NCBI RefSeq assembly: GCF_006345805.1
Contig: NC_042998.1
Location: 167,090,001 to 167,154,000, forward strand
Length of the DNA stretch: 64,000 nt
Direction of reading: 5' to 3'
Source: Octopus sinensis
Lineage: Eukaryota
In this document: piece after piece, positions 14,341 to 28,290 of the stretch
How the letters are laid out: every line of letters starts with the position of its first letter
Numbering within the stretch: the first letter of the stretch is position 1
The notes under the pieces: generated by a model
Database searches by the model: none
What the model was told of the DNA's origin: nothing
The model's input: the letters and a program-made list of their open reading frames with translations, nothing else
Made by a program: the position numbers and the translations under genes

Positions 14341-16189
14341 ATTACTTCATATAAGGGAAGGAATTGGATGTTGAAAGAAAGAGGAAAGGAGGGGAAGGGG
14401 ATGAAGCTTTAATGAAGTTGGGATCACAAAAAAGAAAATATATATAAATGTAAACATAATTATAAAGGATAATAATAAATATAAAATATAATAAAAAGTA
14501 AAGATGTAAAAAAAATAAGTATATAAAGATACAAAGGACGTCACGTATAGGGTCATAAATTCTAGAAATGTATTGTGAAAGTGTAAAAGGTACAAAAAAT
14601 AAAGGGTAAAACATAAACTAAAAAATAAAAGATTAAAATAGAAAATAAAAAAAATAAAAAGTGAAAAATAAAAAGTGAAAAATAAATAAGTAAAAAAAAT
14701 CAATAAAAAGGTAAAAAAAATCAAAAAGGGAAAATAAATATATATATATATATTCTGTAAATAATCATAATTATTGTAACCTTAAAGCTTTTAAGCGATC
14801 ACTGTGTATTGGCTAAAGAAAATAGTCTAATATTGCCGTATATTAGCCCTCTGCGTAAAAAAGTGGGTTTTTGTACGTATATATTAAATACATTTATTAA
14901 AACAATTTCATATATTTTAAGTTTCATGCTGCGCATGTTTCATTACAGTATAGGAAGTACACCGTGAATATAAATATCATATCAAAAATAACATTATGAA
15001 TATAATAAACATGTAATAGGTTTATACATGTAAAAAAAAATGTTTGGGATTTCTTTCCATAATTCCTCAGATTCAAAACTTCATGAGGATACAGTTTGGA
15101 TTATATCCCCTTCTTTACACTATACCTGCATACATACATCCATACACACGTATACGTAAGTACGTATGTACATATGCATGTATATGCATGCTTTGTGTTT
15201 GTGTGTCTGTGTGCGCGAGTTTCTATATATGTACATATTCAAATACATATTTAAAAATAGTGTTGGTCGCTGATGGGAAGATAAAAATCTGAAGTGTGCA
15301 TGCGAAAAGAAATTCCTCTCTGACTAAAAAACTAATGTTCCCAACATCAACAAAACACTCGATATTACGTCTACTGTGTCCATTGCTATGAATGTTGATT
15401 TTACTACAAGCAATACCACTGCTATAGCTATCATATTTCTGTTTTGTTTTTTGTTTGCTTATTTGTTTTTGTTGTGTTTTTTTTTTAGTGTAAGTCGTTG
15501 CTGTAATAGATGTTGAAGCAACGGAATGGTATTAACGCGAAAGAATTGGAAATTCCGAGGAAAACTTGTCTATGAGTACAGCGATTTGGGCGAGAGTGGT
15601 TAGTTAGATAAATATGTATACCACTCAAAATAAAATTCCATGTTGAAAAAATATTGCTGTATTGGAATCTCCCTCAATAGCGTCACCATTAAAGGTTCCA
15701 TGAAATGTCGCATCCAGCCGGAGATTAAAAGTGACTGCCAAAAAACTCAATGAGTGTGATCGATTAGCTTGCCAAATATGGACGCCACATTTCCTTTAAA
15801 TCAAACCCCATTTTCTAAATCGTTTGCCTGTCCAAAGCACTTTTGTAAGTTTGCCCTAAATGTTTCTGAATGTTTTCAGACATTTAGTTACTACTTCTTT
15901 CATATGTTCTGAGTAGTATACAATCTTCGTTTTGTTAATATTGGGAATGAGTATAATATATGGTGAGTGGACACCAGAGAAATATGACCTGTGTATCACA
16001 TGCGATACATAAAATCGCCTACGTTCTAACTAATGAAAAGTAGTAGTAGTAGTAGTGTAGTAGTAAGTGGGCTGGGGCAACGCAAAATAAAGTCTTTTGC
16101 TCAAGATCACAACGCCACCGCCCGTTTCGGGAATCGAAACCGCGATCTTGTGATCGTCAACGCAACAATTTAACTACTTGGACACGCGC

Positions 16190-16208
16190 CACCACCACCA
16201 CCACTACC

Positions 16209-16279
<71 letters not shown>

Positions 16280-16430
16280 AGTAGTAGTAGTGCCAACAAC
16301 AACAACACCACCACCATTACAACCACCAACACCAACAACAACACGACCACCACTTTTACAACTGCTATGACGAGGACGACCAGTACTACTATTACAACTG
16401 TTACTACTACTACTACTACTACTGCCACCG
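16190..16430. repeat. Compound trinucleotide repeats (CAC)n/(TAC)n/(TAG)n/(AAC)n
   Basis: Visible directly. It explains the poly-V/L/Y/T ORFs. Confidence 0.95.
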
Positions 16431-16756
16431 TCCCCATCACCACTGCTACAAAAAATAACTTTGTTGACATCCCTATCAAAAAGAAACATCATCATAACCA
16501 CTATTACTATCGCTTCTGCTATAGATTTCATCAGATATCACATCCACCAGCAGAGCATATCCTAATGGCGTCGACTCCTCCCTTATTTCAAGCAACACCC
16601 GTATTATACTCCACCCCAGCTACATTTAGTGCCTTCACCCGACAGACACTACCACTACCCCGATGTATACTAGCAGTACAATTTACACTACACCCTACCG
16701 ATTCACCAGGAACTGATATTTAAGGAAAAGCAAATGTGTGTGTGTGTATGTGTGTG

Positions 16757-16788
<32 letters not shown>

Positions 16789-17124
16789 GTGTGTGTATCT
16801 ACTAGGGGCATGAATCGAAACATGTATGTAGGTTTTTGGCATCAGCCATTTCTTTTAGAGCTTTACAATTTATAATTTATTCATATTTTTTAATAAAAAC
16901 TTTCAACATCTTCATATGATACAAATAAATTATCTATACACCCATTATTCTCCATTTTCTTTCATATATATATATATATATATATATGTCTTGCTTACAG
17001 AATTGTTAGCACACCGGAACAAAATGCTTAGCAACGTTTCGTCTATTTGTGTTCTGAATTCAAATTGCTCCTAAATCGACTTCGACTTTCATCCTTTCGG
17101 GTTGGATAAGACAAGTACCAGTTG

Positions 17125-17205
<81 letters not shown>

Positions 17206-17289
17206 ACACACATAACCGACTTAAGTCCTCCTTCAAAATTGCTGGCCTTGTGCCTAAATTTGAAAACCCATATACATATACGTCAGGTA

Positions 17290-17353
<64 letters not shown>

Positions 17354-17500
17354 GTATATATATTGTAGGTCATGGACCAACGGGTTTTTGGGCCTGACGA
17401 TACGCTATAAAGCAAAAACCTTTATGGGCGGGAAACCGAAGATAATCCCATAAACCGGCCTCTCTCATTTTCACTGTATATATATTATATATATATATAT

Positions 17501-17552
<52 letters not shown>

Positions 17553-18247
17553 GATATATATAATATATATATATATACATATATATATTTAACAGTTATA
17601 TATACATATATATCATATATATTAATGTGAATGATGCATGTGCTAATTAAGAAGTTAGCTTCGCATCTATGAGGTACTGAATTCAGTTTTGGGATGTGGA
17701 AACTTGAGGGATAATCTTCTGCTATAGCAAGTTTTTTGTGAGTGAAGTAAAGTAGAAACAATCTTTATGGAGACCCACCTGATGAACTGCACCGCTACTC
17801 TAAATGCCCATCTTTGTCAAAGACTAAAAGAGTATGTCAAGCTGATTCTGCCTGAGGATTACGATATTTCCGTCATATAGTTGACAGCCAAAATAGGTAG
17901 GTCAACGTATACGACATGACGACGTAGAAAGACCAAAAATTCCATGTAAAATGGCCACAGGATTTGGAAAGATGTGACTATGTTTGATTAATTGACACTA
18001 TATACTTCGTAGATTTGCATGTCGGAAAATATGGTACGCCAAGGGTTCACGTGACTTTGCAATTCTTAGTCACTTGCACTGTAATTCATAACGTAGTTAA
18101 TGTTGGCAGAATTACTGTAAAACTCACCGTAGTAAGCGACGGAGGATAAACATGCTACTTCTTAAATACATATCTCATGTGTGAAAATACATGCATGAGT
18201 ATGTGCTGTTGTGTGTGTATGTATGTTTGTGTTTGTATATAAATACG

Positions 18248-18290
<43 letters not shown>

Positions 18291-18433
18291 ACATACATAC
18301 ATACATGCATACATATATATGTATATATAAATATACATATATATGTATATATACATATACATACATATATATGTATATATATAATATCTATATATATATT
18401 ATACATACATACTTACATACAGACATACATACA

Positions 18434-18510
<77 letters not shown>

Positions 18511-18689
18511 TACAAAAGTGCATACAGTGTTAACAAATCAGCAGGCAGTAGGAAAAGATAGCATCTGTTAGCTATAGCATAAACTCTAGTGAGATTGTTG
18601 CAGTTGTTGTTGGTGTTGTATATGTGTGAGTGAACGGGGAGACCGGTTTTATATGCATATTTGCGTTAAGAACAGTCTATATGATATAT

Positions 18690-19165
18690 AGGGTGACAAG
18701 CATAAATAAATTAAAAGAGAAAGAAAAATAGAGATGAAATAAGAGATAAATAGAAATAACGAGAGAGGGAGATAGGGAAGACGCTGAGTAAAAACAATAA
18801 AGCATCGAAAGAAAAAAAGAGAGGGTACGATAGAGTAGATGGAGCAAGAGCGGTGGGGAGAAGAGAAGGAAAGAGAAGAAGAGAGTGAAAGAGAGGGGTA
18901 GACACAGAATGCTGAGAGCTAAGAAAAAAAAGAAATGTTGAAAGACAAAAGCAATATACAGAAGATGGAAATCACATCTTGGAGAAGGAAAGATAGAAAG
19001 AGAGAGAGAGAGAGAGAGGCTCAGTCAGATACAGAGAGAGGGTGATGGGGAAGAAGCGAGCCAGCTAGAGAGGGAGAGGGAGAGAGGGAGAGAGAGCGAG
19101 AGAGAGAGAGAGATGGCGAGATAGATGGAAAGAAAGAGAGGTTAAGAGAGAAGGCTGAAGACATG
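18690..19165. repeat. Purine-rich (GA) low-complexity tract
   Basis: Long A/G-rich stretch with (GA)n runs. Confidence 0.85.
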
Positions 19166-19275
19166 AAATTGTTACGTATAAACAATCACCACCAACTCTT
19201 ATCAAAGTAGTTGGGTATCAGTTAATAATAGAACATTGTTTGAACATGACTGATTATATACGTACACACACACAC

Positions 19276-19334
<59 letters not shown>

Positions 19335-19715
19335 TACACACACACGACGACTTATTTTGTGGATGATGACCTGGGTTAGTCGCAACTGCTTTGAATCAGG
19401 GTAGTTAAGGTTCCTAGCATATCAAGATGACCCAGAATTATCTGCCCTCTTCACCATGTTTCAGATAGGGCATGAAATATATATTTCTTTCTTCCTCTAT
19501 TCTTTTACTTGTTTCAGTCATTTGACAGCGGCCATGATGGAGCACCGCCTTTAGTCGAGCAAATCGACCCCACGACTTATTCTTTGTAATCCCAGTACTT
19601 ATTCTATCGGTCTGTTTTGCCGAACCGCTAGCTTACGGAGACATAAACGCACCAACATCGGATGTCAAGCGATGTTGGGGCGACAAACACAGACACACAA
19701 ACATACACACGCACA

Positions 19716-19762
<47 letters not shown>

Positions 19763-20032
19763 ACACACACACATATATATGACGAGCTTCTTTCAGTTTC
19801 CGTCTACCAAATCCACTTACAAGGCTTTAGTCGGCTCGAGGCTATAGTAGAAGGGACTTGCCAAAGGTGCTACGCAGTGGAACTGAACCTGGAACCATGT
19901 GGTTGGAAAGCAAACTTCTTACCACACAGCCACTCTTGCGCCTATGTGTGTATGACTTTGAGTCTGTGTTGGTTGCCCCCACCCCCACCCCAATTAGTAA
20001 AGTGTACGTGTATTTGCAAGATGATTTAATTT

Positions 20033-20493
20033 CAGCCAATAACTCCGGCTACTTTTATCGAGCCTGGTCGCAGTTACGTTCTACAATATTCTCAATATTC
20101 AGTTTCCGTTCTACAATACCCTTAAAGGAACGAAACATTATCCAGCAAATCGGGTTAATACGAACGAGCCTGGTAGATGTAAAAGACTAACAGGCATCTC
20201 CTGTCAAGATTACAGGCGACAGTCAGATCGGTGTTGTCTGTTGTGCACTCTGCTGTCGTTATTTGATTGCTGCTATTGTGTGCGTCTCTATAAAGATCAA
20301 TTGTGTTTTGCAGAGTTGCTTTATTTTTACCCTTAATTTAGAAATGGAGTAAGACATAGTGCTAGATATACAAAAATAAGCCATTTGGTGCTAGAAATAA
20401 AGCGGGAAAATGTGAAATCCTTCGAGCAGGCATACGTTTTATGCGAAGTCTCTGATGAGCCCGAGTGACGCTGCTGACGTGGGGTCTCCTCTG
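20033..20493 (+). mobile_element. Non-autonomous hAT-like element, copy 3 (5'-truncated)
   Basis: Aligns with 6775-7379. Ends GTCTCCTCTG followed by (TA)n. Confidence 0.65.
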
Positions 20494-20617
<124 letters not shown>

Positions 20618-20827
20618 ACTTTTTGTTTAAAGCTCTGGTGAAGCTATAGTGTGATACTCAAGCACTTAACTATGAACGCTTTACCTCCTAAAGCAGAAAC
20701 AACAGTAAGTCACTGGAGTTCTCTACATAATTGTTTATTTCTTTGTCATCCCATCTTTTTTATGTATAAACACATATACACACATACATACAAATATGTG
20801 TCTGTCACACGCACATACTCTCTCTAT

Positions 20828-20858
<31 letters not shown>

Positions 20859-21045
20859 TTAATTTTCTATTTATTTATTTATTTCACTTAGGCATTGCGA
20901 GACTAATAACCTGAAGTAGAACTCAGTAAACATATACTTCAGAATGAAGTGTTAAACGAGTATAGAGCGGTAATAAGACTGAATTGCTTTTTGGGTATAC
21001 ACTATTTTTATACATCTGTATTGACTTTTTCACTGGTAATGCCTT

Positions 21046-21519
<474 letters not shown>

Positions 21520-21568
21520 TGCAAAAATGTAATTCTTTTTCCAAAATGACTTGCACATTACATTCGAA

Positions 21569-21647
21569 GCTCTGATGAAGCTACAGGGTGTTATTCAGGC
21601 ACTCAGCTATGAGTCCACTGCATCTTGTAGCAGAAACATCTGTAAGC
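21569..21647 (+). ncRNA. Minimal type I hammerhead ribozyme with long stem II insertion
   Basis: GCT-CTGATGA-a-GCTACA [40 nt] TGTAGC-a-GAAAC-ATCT-GTA-AGC. Stem I 3 bp, stem II 6 bp. Predicted cleavage after 21644. Confidence 0.7.
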
Positions 21648-21901
21648 AAATGAAGTGTATTAAAAAAAAACTGCATTTTTCCTTTCTCATCTCTTTTTCT
21701 TATACCATGTAAATGTGTGTGTGGTGTGACGAGTTTCCAGTTTCCGTCTATCAAATTTACTCACTTGGCCTTTGTCGATCGGGGTTATAACAGAAGAGAG
21801 TTGTCCAAAGTGCTGCATTAAAGGATTTGTGTTCAGTCCCATCATGCGGCACCAAGACAACCACGCTTGCGCTTGCATTTATGCTTATAATGCAAAAGTT
21901 T

Positions 21902-23125
21902 TGAGAGGCCCTGAAAAGTATATGACTTTAAGGCTATCGCGAAAGGGCTGAACTATTACCTTTACACGTGAGGTAGGGCAACCATTTAGGAGAAGATATG
22001 CAAAAATTATAATGGTATACAATATAACTTTCACTTTTTTGCAGAGTTAACCTGCAGCTCCTACAGTGAATTGTGTTAAAATTGATGCACGGGCGGTCAT
22101 GAAGGTTGTCTTTTTGCAAGGCAAAGGAGGGGCGGAAATCTATGACGAGAAGCAGGAAGTCTTCAAGGAGGGAAAATTTGGGTGTCAAGGTTCGGACAGG
22201 TCATTTTGAAGTCGCAGATGAACCCCGGCCAGGACGGTCAACTTCTGCGACCACACAGGACAAAGCCGACGTTGTGCACATCTAGATTCTCGAGTACCAC
22301 CGGATTTCAGCTGAAGTAATAGCTGATACTTTGGGGATTTCCTGCGACAGAGTTGGCCACAACATTCACAACAGTCTGGGCATGAGAAAGCTTTCCGCAA
22401 AATGGGTGCCGAAATAGCTGAACGGAGATCAGAAGCGCATCAGAATAACAACATTAAAGGTGATTTTAGCCCGGCCTGCAACGGGAGAAGCAGATTTTAT
22501 GGCTCATTTAGTCACCATAGATGAAACTTAGCTTCATCATTATGATCCATAGACCAAGCAGCAATTAATGGAATGGTGCCACAGCGATTCCCCGCGTCCT
22601 AAAAAGTTTCGGATCCTAAAATCAGCTGGAAAGATTCTGGCTTCACTGTTCTGGGAGAAAGACGGAGTACTCCTCATAAAATACCTAAAATAGGGTTGCA
22701 CCATCAACGCAGAATACTACATATCTCTGTTGGATGAACAGCGTGAAGCTTTGAAGCAGAGGCGCCGCGGAAAGCTGAGCCATGGTGTACTGTTTTTGCA
22801 GGACAATGCATAAACTGCACATTGAACTCAACGGGAAATACGCGACTTTGTCTACTAATTGGTAGACCACCCACCTTACTCTCCTGCCTTAGCCCCATCC
22901 GACTATCACCTCTTTCCACAGTTGAAGAAACATCCTAAGGGAACAAGATTTCACTTCAATTCGTAAGTGATCGCTACTATAGAAGCCTGGTCGGAGGCCC
23001 AACCTTCTGTGTTCTTTAAAGACAACTGCAGCAAGCGTGTGAATCTGAGAGGGATAAAATCATAATTAACTGATCCTCCTCTATTTTCTTTTACCCAAAG
23101 CCAAGAACTTTTCAACGGCCCCTCA
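21902..23125 (+). mobile_element. Mariner element (DD34D), full length but decayed
   Basis: Imperfect TIRs tgagaggccctgaaaagt / rc tgaggggccgttgaaaagt. Motifs KWVPK, VTIDET*LHHYDP, FWEKDGV, LFLQDNA and HPPYSPALAPSDYHLFPQLK, with stops and frameshifts. Confidence 0.9.
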
Positions 23126-23689
23126 TAAGTGAAACTGAGCGCTTATTTTTATTACTGTGGATCATTGACCTGGAAATATATGAAGAACAAAGCAAGTTCT
23201 GTGAAGAACGGACCTGCTATTGATCAACCCACAGAATTTCTGCTTTGTACTGCCATACTTAAGTAGAGGATATCAAGCCGCTTTATTTTCATCGACAAGG
23301 CAGGTAAAGCAAAACCGATGGAACGCTGAAAGGTACTGTAATGGCTAAGCTCAGGTCGTTGCCTCTCTAACGTAGACTTATCTATTCCTTCAAGTATCAA
23401 TTCAAGTGGATGGTGAGTGTTCCTTCAGCCAGTAAATCGTATGAAAAGTGCTTCAGACTTACAAGATTATTATAAAACTATGTTTTTAGTCTACATTACG
23501 TTTGGGGTCTACGGCCTTATGAAAGCATGTCAATGAGTTTCGGCGGGTCGTCTTTTCTCATAAGTGGCAGCATATATATACGTACATATATGTATGTATT
23601 ATATTTATGTATAGGTTTACGTATATAGATATCTTTAATATCTACAATACAACACCCCACCACACACTATATATATATATATAGGATAT

Positions 23690-23721
<32 letters not shown>

Positions 23722-24058
23722 GAATCAAAATAAACAGGATCTCAATTATTTCTTATATATTGTATATATATATATGGTGTGTGTGTATATAATGTATATA
23801 TATATATGTATATATATATATAATATATATATCTATATATATATAATATATAATAATATATAGTACATACCATACATATATATACATATATAATACTGTA
23901 TATATATATATATATATACATAATACATACATATATAGATACAAATATTTACAAACATAATTACATACACTCACAAAGTGTATACCATGTACTAATCAAA
24001 ATATAAACGTGTATATATATAATAGATATAATATATATATATATATATAATATAATAT

Positions 24059-24091
<33 letters not shown>

Positions 24092-24250
24092 CTATATATA
24101 TCTGTGTGCGTGCGCGTGCGTATGTGTGTGTGTGCACTCACGTTGAGTATATTTAGTTACGATAAACACAATTTTACATTAATGTAGTGTGTCACGCTAT
24201 CCTTTCGTAGAGTACAAATTTATTATTCTGAAATAAGAATATGGTTGACA

Positions 24251-24289
24251 GTGACTTCGAAGTTTCGGCCTGCTGAGCCATAGTCAGAC
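24251..24289 (-). ncRNA. Degenerate hammerhead (PLE inverted-LTR copy)
   Basis: gt-CTGACTA-t-GGC tcagcag GCC-GAAAC-TTCGAA-GTC-ac. The core is mutated at G8. An inverted counterpart lies at 24608-24646. Confidence 0.5.
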
Positions 24290-24559
24290 GGCGATGCATT
24301 AGAGCTAGTTGTGCCTTTATATTGTCTCTGTTTTGACAGAATCCCCCTCAGGAGGAGTGGGTTTGAGTGGAGTGGTAACTAAGGTTTTGCGGATGGTTAT
24401 TATGGGGAGTTATTTCGTAAGTTCTACATACATGAATAAATTTTAAACTATAGCATAATCCCAAATTTAATCAATTAAAATTTGTCCAAAACACCTCTCC
24501 ATAACAACTAACCCTAACACTTAATGAACACTCCACTCAAACCCACATACCCAATGAAG

Positions 24560-25500
24560 ATTTTATTTTAACAGAGATTTATGAAGGCAAGACTATAATG
24601 CATCATAATCCGACAATGGCTTAACTGGCCGAAATTTCGAAGTCACAATCAACAACATTCTTGTTTATATATAATCCCCCTACTATCAGAATGATAATAG
24701 TAATAGTTCTAGCGGCATCAAAGATAAAGTAATACATAACCCCTCTAACATTAACCAGAGTAAGAGACCTAAAAATAGGCCAAGGAAAATTATTTGGTTT
24801 GCCCGTTCCTTTTCCCTTAATACAAAAACTAACAGGTAAAAGATTCCTGTCTCTCCTAGACAAACACTTTCCAGCAACTCACAGATACGGGAAGATATTT
24901 AACAGGCGTTCTGTGAAATTATCACATAGCTGCTGCCCCACTACGAAGAGCACCATTACACGTGGTCAATATCATGAGCCTATATCCAGTTGTAACTGTC
25001 GCGACCCAGGATCAACGATGTATGACTATGTCTATCATATATGAGGCAGAAGTTACTGCAACCCTAAATAATAATACAATAGATAAAAAGATCAACATTG
25101 GATTATGTGAAAGAGAATTTAAAAATCGTTATGCCAGTTACATAACCTCCTTCCAACATAAGGACAAAAGTAAAGCTACGAAAGTTGGCCAGCAAAGTAT
25201 GGAGTTTGAAAGATAATGAAACACGACATGTGATGAGTGGGAAATAGTTGAAAAATTCATACTTCATGTTAATGGATCGCATAAATGTAGGCTTTGTTTA
25301 GCTGAAAGAACGCATATCCCGTTTCGATGTAAGATCCCTAACTGTCAACTGAAATTTTCAGCGGTTGCAAGCATATGTATAAATATATTTTGCCTTCTTA
25401 AATTGTCGCATGTGCCTGATGAATTTGTTTGAGATATTTCTCAACATACGAAACTATTAGTAACACCTAAATATATGTAGTGTGTCCTTTAAATAAATGA
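24560..25500 (+). mobile_element. Penelope-like element 3' fragment (GIY-YIG endonuclease plus terminal HHR)
   Basis: KLTGKRFLSLLDKHFPATHRYGKIFNRRSVKLSHSC and YEAEVT...NIGLCEREFKNRYASY are PLE-type motifs, followed by an HHR at 25412-25466 and AATAAA. Confidence 0.85.
25412..25466 (+). ncRNA. Minimal type I hammerhead at PLE 3' end
   Basis: gtgc-CTGATGA-atttgt-TTGAGA tatt TCTCAA-catac-GAAAC-TATTA-GTA-acac. Core intact. Stem I has one mismatch next to the core. Confidence 0.65.
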
Positions 25501-25763
25501 TATTTATCTGTCACCAGATGGAGTGCTTTTTTTCTTGAATTGTAAAGTGTATTTGTAAAGTGAATTGTAAAGTTTAATCGTAAAGTCAATTGTAAAGGTA
25601 TTCACAGTTCGTCTCGAAGCGGGGATGAGATGGCCGTCTCATTTGCATCGTAATTATATTCATTTCATTATCATTTTCCATTCGTTTTTATGTCTCCGCA
25701 TGTTTTTGTATGTCCTCTCTGTATGCAGGCCTTGTGCCTATAATAAAGAGAACCGGTGATTGC

Positions 25764-25808
25764 CGTGCGCTGACGACGGGTAAATACTCAGAAACCGGGG
25801 TCCGTGCG
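25764..25808 (+). ncRNA. Minimal type I hammerhead ribozyme
   Basis: CGTGCG-CTGACGA-c-GGGT aaat ACTC-a-GAAAC-CGGG-GTC-CGTGCG. Stem I 6 bp including two G.U pairs. Predicted cleavage after GUC at 25802. Confidence 0.75.
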
Positions 25809-26073
25809 TATCACGTCAGGTCGACGATGGGAAGGATGGCTTCCCTTTGCAAATACTAATAGGGACAGAAAGTGTGTGAATAGCCAGCTGGAGATGTTCT
25901 CCTGGGGCTACAAGCTACAGTAGCATCCACCCTTAGTGGTTAGCCACATTTAAGTGGCAAATATACTTCACATTGTCGTGCAGCTTCTGTTTATACCTCG
26001 TTCAGAGATTTATTATTGCTTATATATATATATATATAATATATATATATATTATATATATATTATATATATA

Positions 26074-26130
<57 letters not shown>

Positions 26131-26764
26131 ATGTATGTATGTATGTATATCACGTATACATATTTACACGTATATATATTCTTTTATTTTTTTTGCTTGT
26201 TTCAGTCATTTGACTGCGGCCATGCTGGAGCACCGCCTGATAAACCCATTGACTACTACTAAATTCAGGCCACGACAGACAAAGAGGATGTTCTTGAAGC
26301 AGAGAATCTGAACTTACGGAGACAATATTTACATATCGCCTGAGGAAGCACAAGTAGGTCTCATAATGCAGGGAAGCGGTTGCATCATCAAGTATCTCCA
26401 CGCCTGAAGACCTGCGTTGCGTGAAAACAGTTGTAGTGATTAAAAAATAAATGTCAAACAGTACTCCTTCTTGTTGACTACATTTTTTTTCATTTATCTC
26501 TTAACACACAACAGAAGCCCAAGCGCAAACCTGGAAGTACGTATAATTACTACCACTGGAGAATACGGTGTAAATCTGAAGGTCGACGAACTTTATACTG
26601 TAATCTTCTTCGTTCTTAACAGAGTATACCATAACTATATCTCTCTCTCTATATATATATTCAGTTCCCGAGCGTTATACTAATACATCTGTTTGTTTTC
26701 TTCACCACCTGTCTTTGTCTTTTGTTTTTTTTGTGAATTCTCCCTATATATATATATATTATAT

Positions 26765-26815
<51 letters not shown>

Positions 26816-28046
26816 GAGAGAGAGCTTTATCTAGTCAGCCCTAAACCTATCAATAACAAACCTATAATAACTATTAGAAACAGCCGTAAGTTAAATTTAC
26901 TACAATAAAAAAAATTGTAATGACCATTATTTATGCTTTGTCTTGTATATCACTCTGTGTAAAAGCTAGAATAACTGGAGTACTACCGTGGATTTACAAT
27001 ATAGAAGGAACTATAATCTCGAACCCGGCTACAAGAACACGCCGAATTCTTTACTAATTTAAGCAATATTGTTAGCCTGGTGTATTAACACACATACACA
27101 CACACACACGCACACATATATGTAGGCATATATAAATGTGTATGTATATACATATATGTGTGTATATGTGTGTGTACGTGTATATCTAGTTTCCGTCAAA
27201 CAAATTTGCTAAAAATCCATCGATTGGCCCAGAACTATTGTAGACGATACTGGCCTAAGTGACTGCGCAGCTGGACTGATCCTGAAACCACTCGGTTGAG
27301 AAGTGAATTTCGTAATTCCATATCCATGCCGCAAACAAACACACACACACAACCATCCACGCACATACACACAAACATACGCACACGCATACACACACTC
27401 ACACACGCATGTACACGTGCTGGCGTACGTGTGCTGCATATTGTTTCGGGCAGCATCTCGGCCTACGAGACTAGTAATAAGTCGTTGAGCATTGCCCATC
27501 TATTCATACCACAGTATGAACGAGCATAATACGAAGGTAATAGTGAAGTGTATTGATACGACATAAAGTTATATCACATTTGGAAAGCTACATTAACAAC
27601 AGCAGCTGAAGATATTGAATTTACATGCATGGATCTTACAGTAAACACCTTCAAAATTCGGTGCGAAATGCTCGTGTATTCTTTCAGATCTAGAGACAGA
27701 ATCAATTCTATTACTCTAAACTCTAGTTGATCTTGAAAAACGGATTTTGAAGTAAAGGAATCGAATTGCTGAGATGCGGTTTGCATATATAATTTAGAAG
27801 CTGAACAGTAAAAATATACAAGATTTTCCAAAAGTTCAATATGTAACTCTTCGCACAGTAGATGTTATCTAAATCTTAGTGATTGATAACGCTTTATTTC
27901 ATTTGGGGTAAACTAGCTCTTTTATAAGAAAACTTAAAATAATTAAAAATAGAAATGTACGAATGCATGCCTACATTCATACATACGTACCTCATACATA
28001 CATACACATATTATATGTATGTATATATATATATATATATATAATA

Positions 28047-28085
<39 letters not shown>

Positions 28086-28101
28086 CATATATATATGTAT
28101 G

Positions 28102-28134
<33 letters not shown>

Positions 28135-28233
28135 ACATATATATATATGTATGTATATATATATATCATATATATATATATTATATATATATATAATATA
28201 TATATATAATTATGATATATATATAATAATATA

Positions 28234-28290
<57 letters not shown>

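Noticed and set aside
15590-15790. Open minus-strand frame ...VTFNLRLDATFHGTFNGDAIEGDSNTAIFFNMEFY...
   Set aside because: No clear donor site or recognised family, and chance open frames of this length are plausible.
17390-17450. CTGACGA followed by aaaaac and a later GAAAC
   Set aside because: No complementary stem I and no GUH at the right position.
17779-20470. Isolated CTGATGA words at ~17780 and ~20454
   Set aside because: No downstream GAAA, stem III or UH.
26401-26438. cgc-CTGAAGA-cctgcgttgcgt-GAAAAC-agtt-GTA-gtg hammerhead-like string
   Set aside because: Extra A in GAAA and no convincing stem II. At best a decayed relic.
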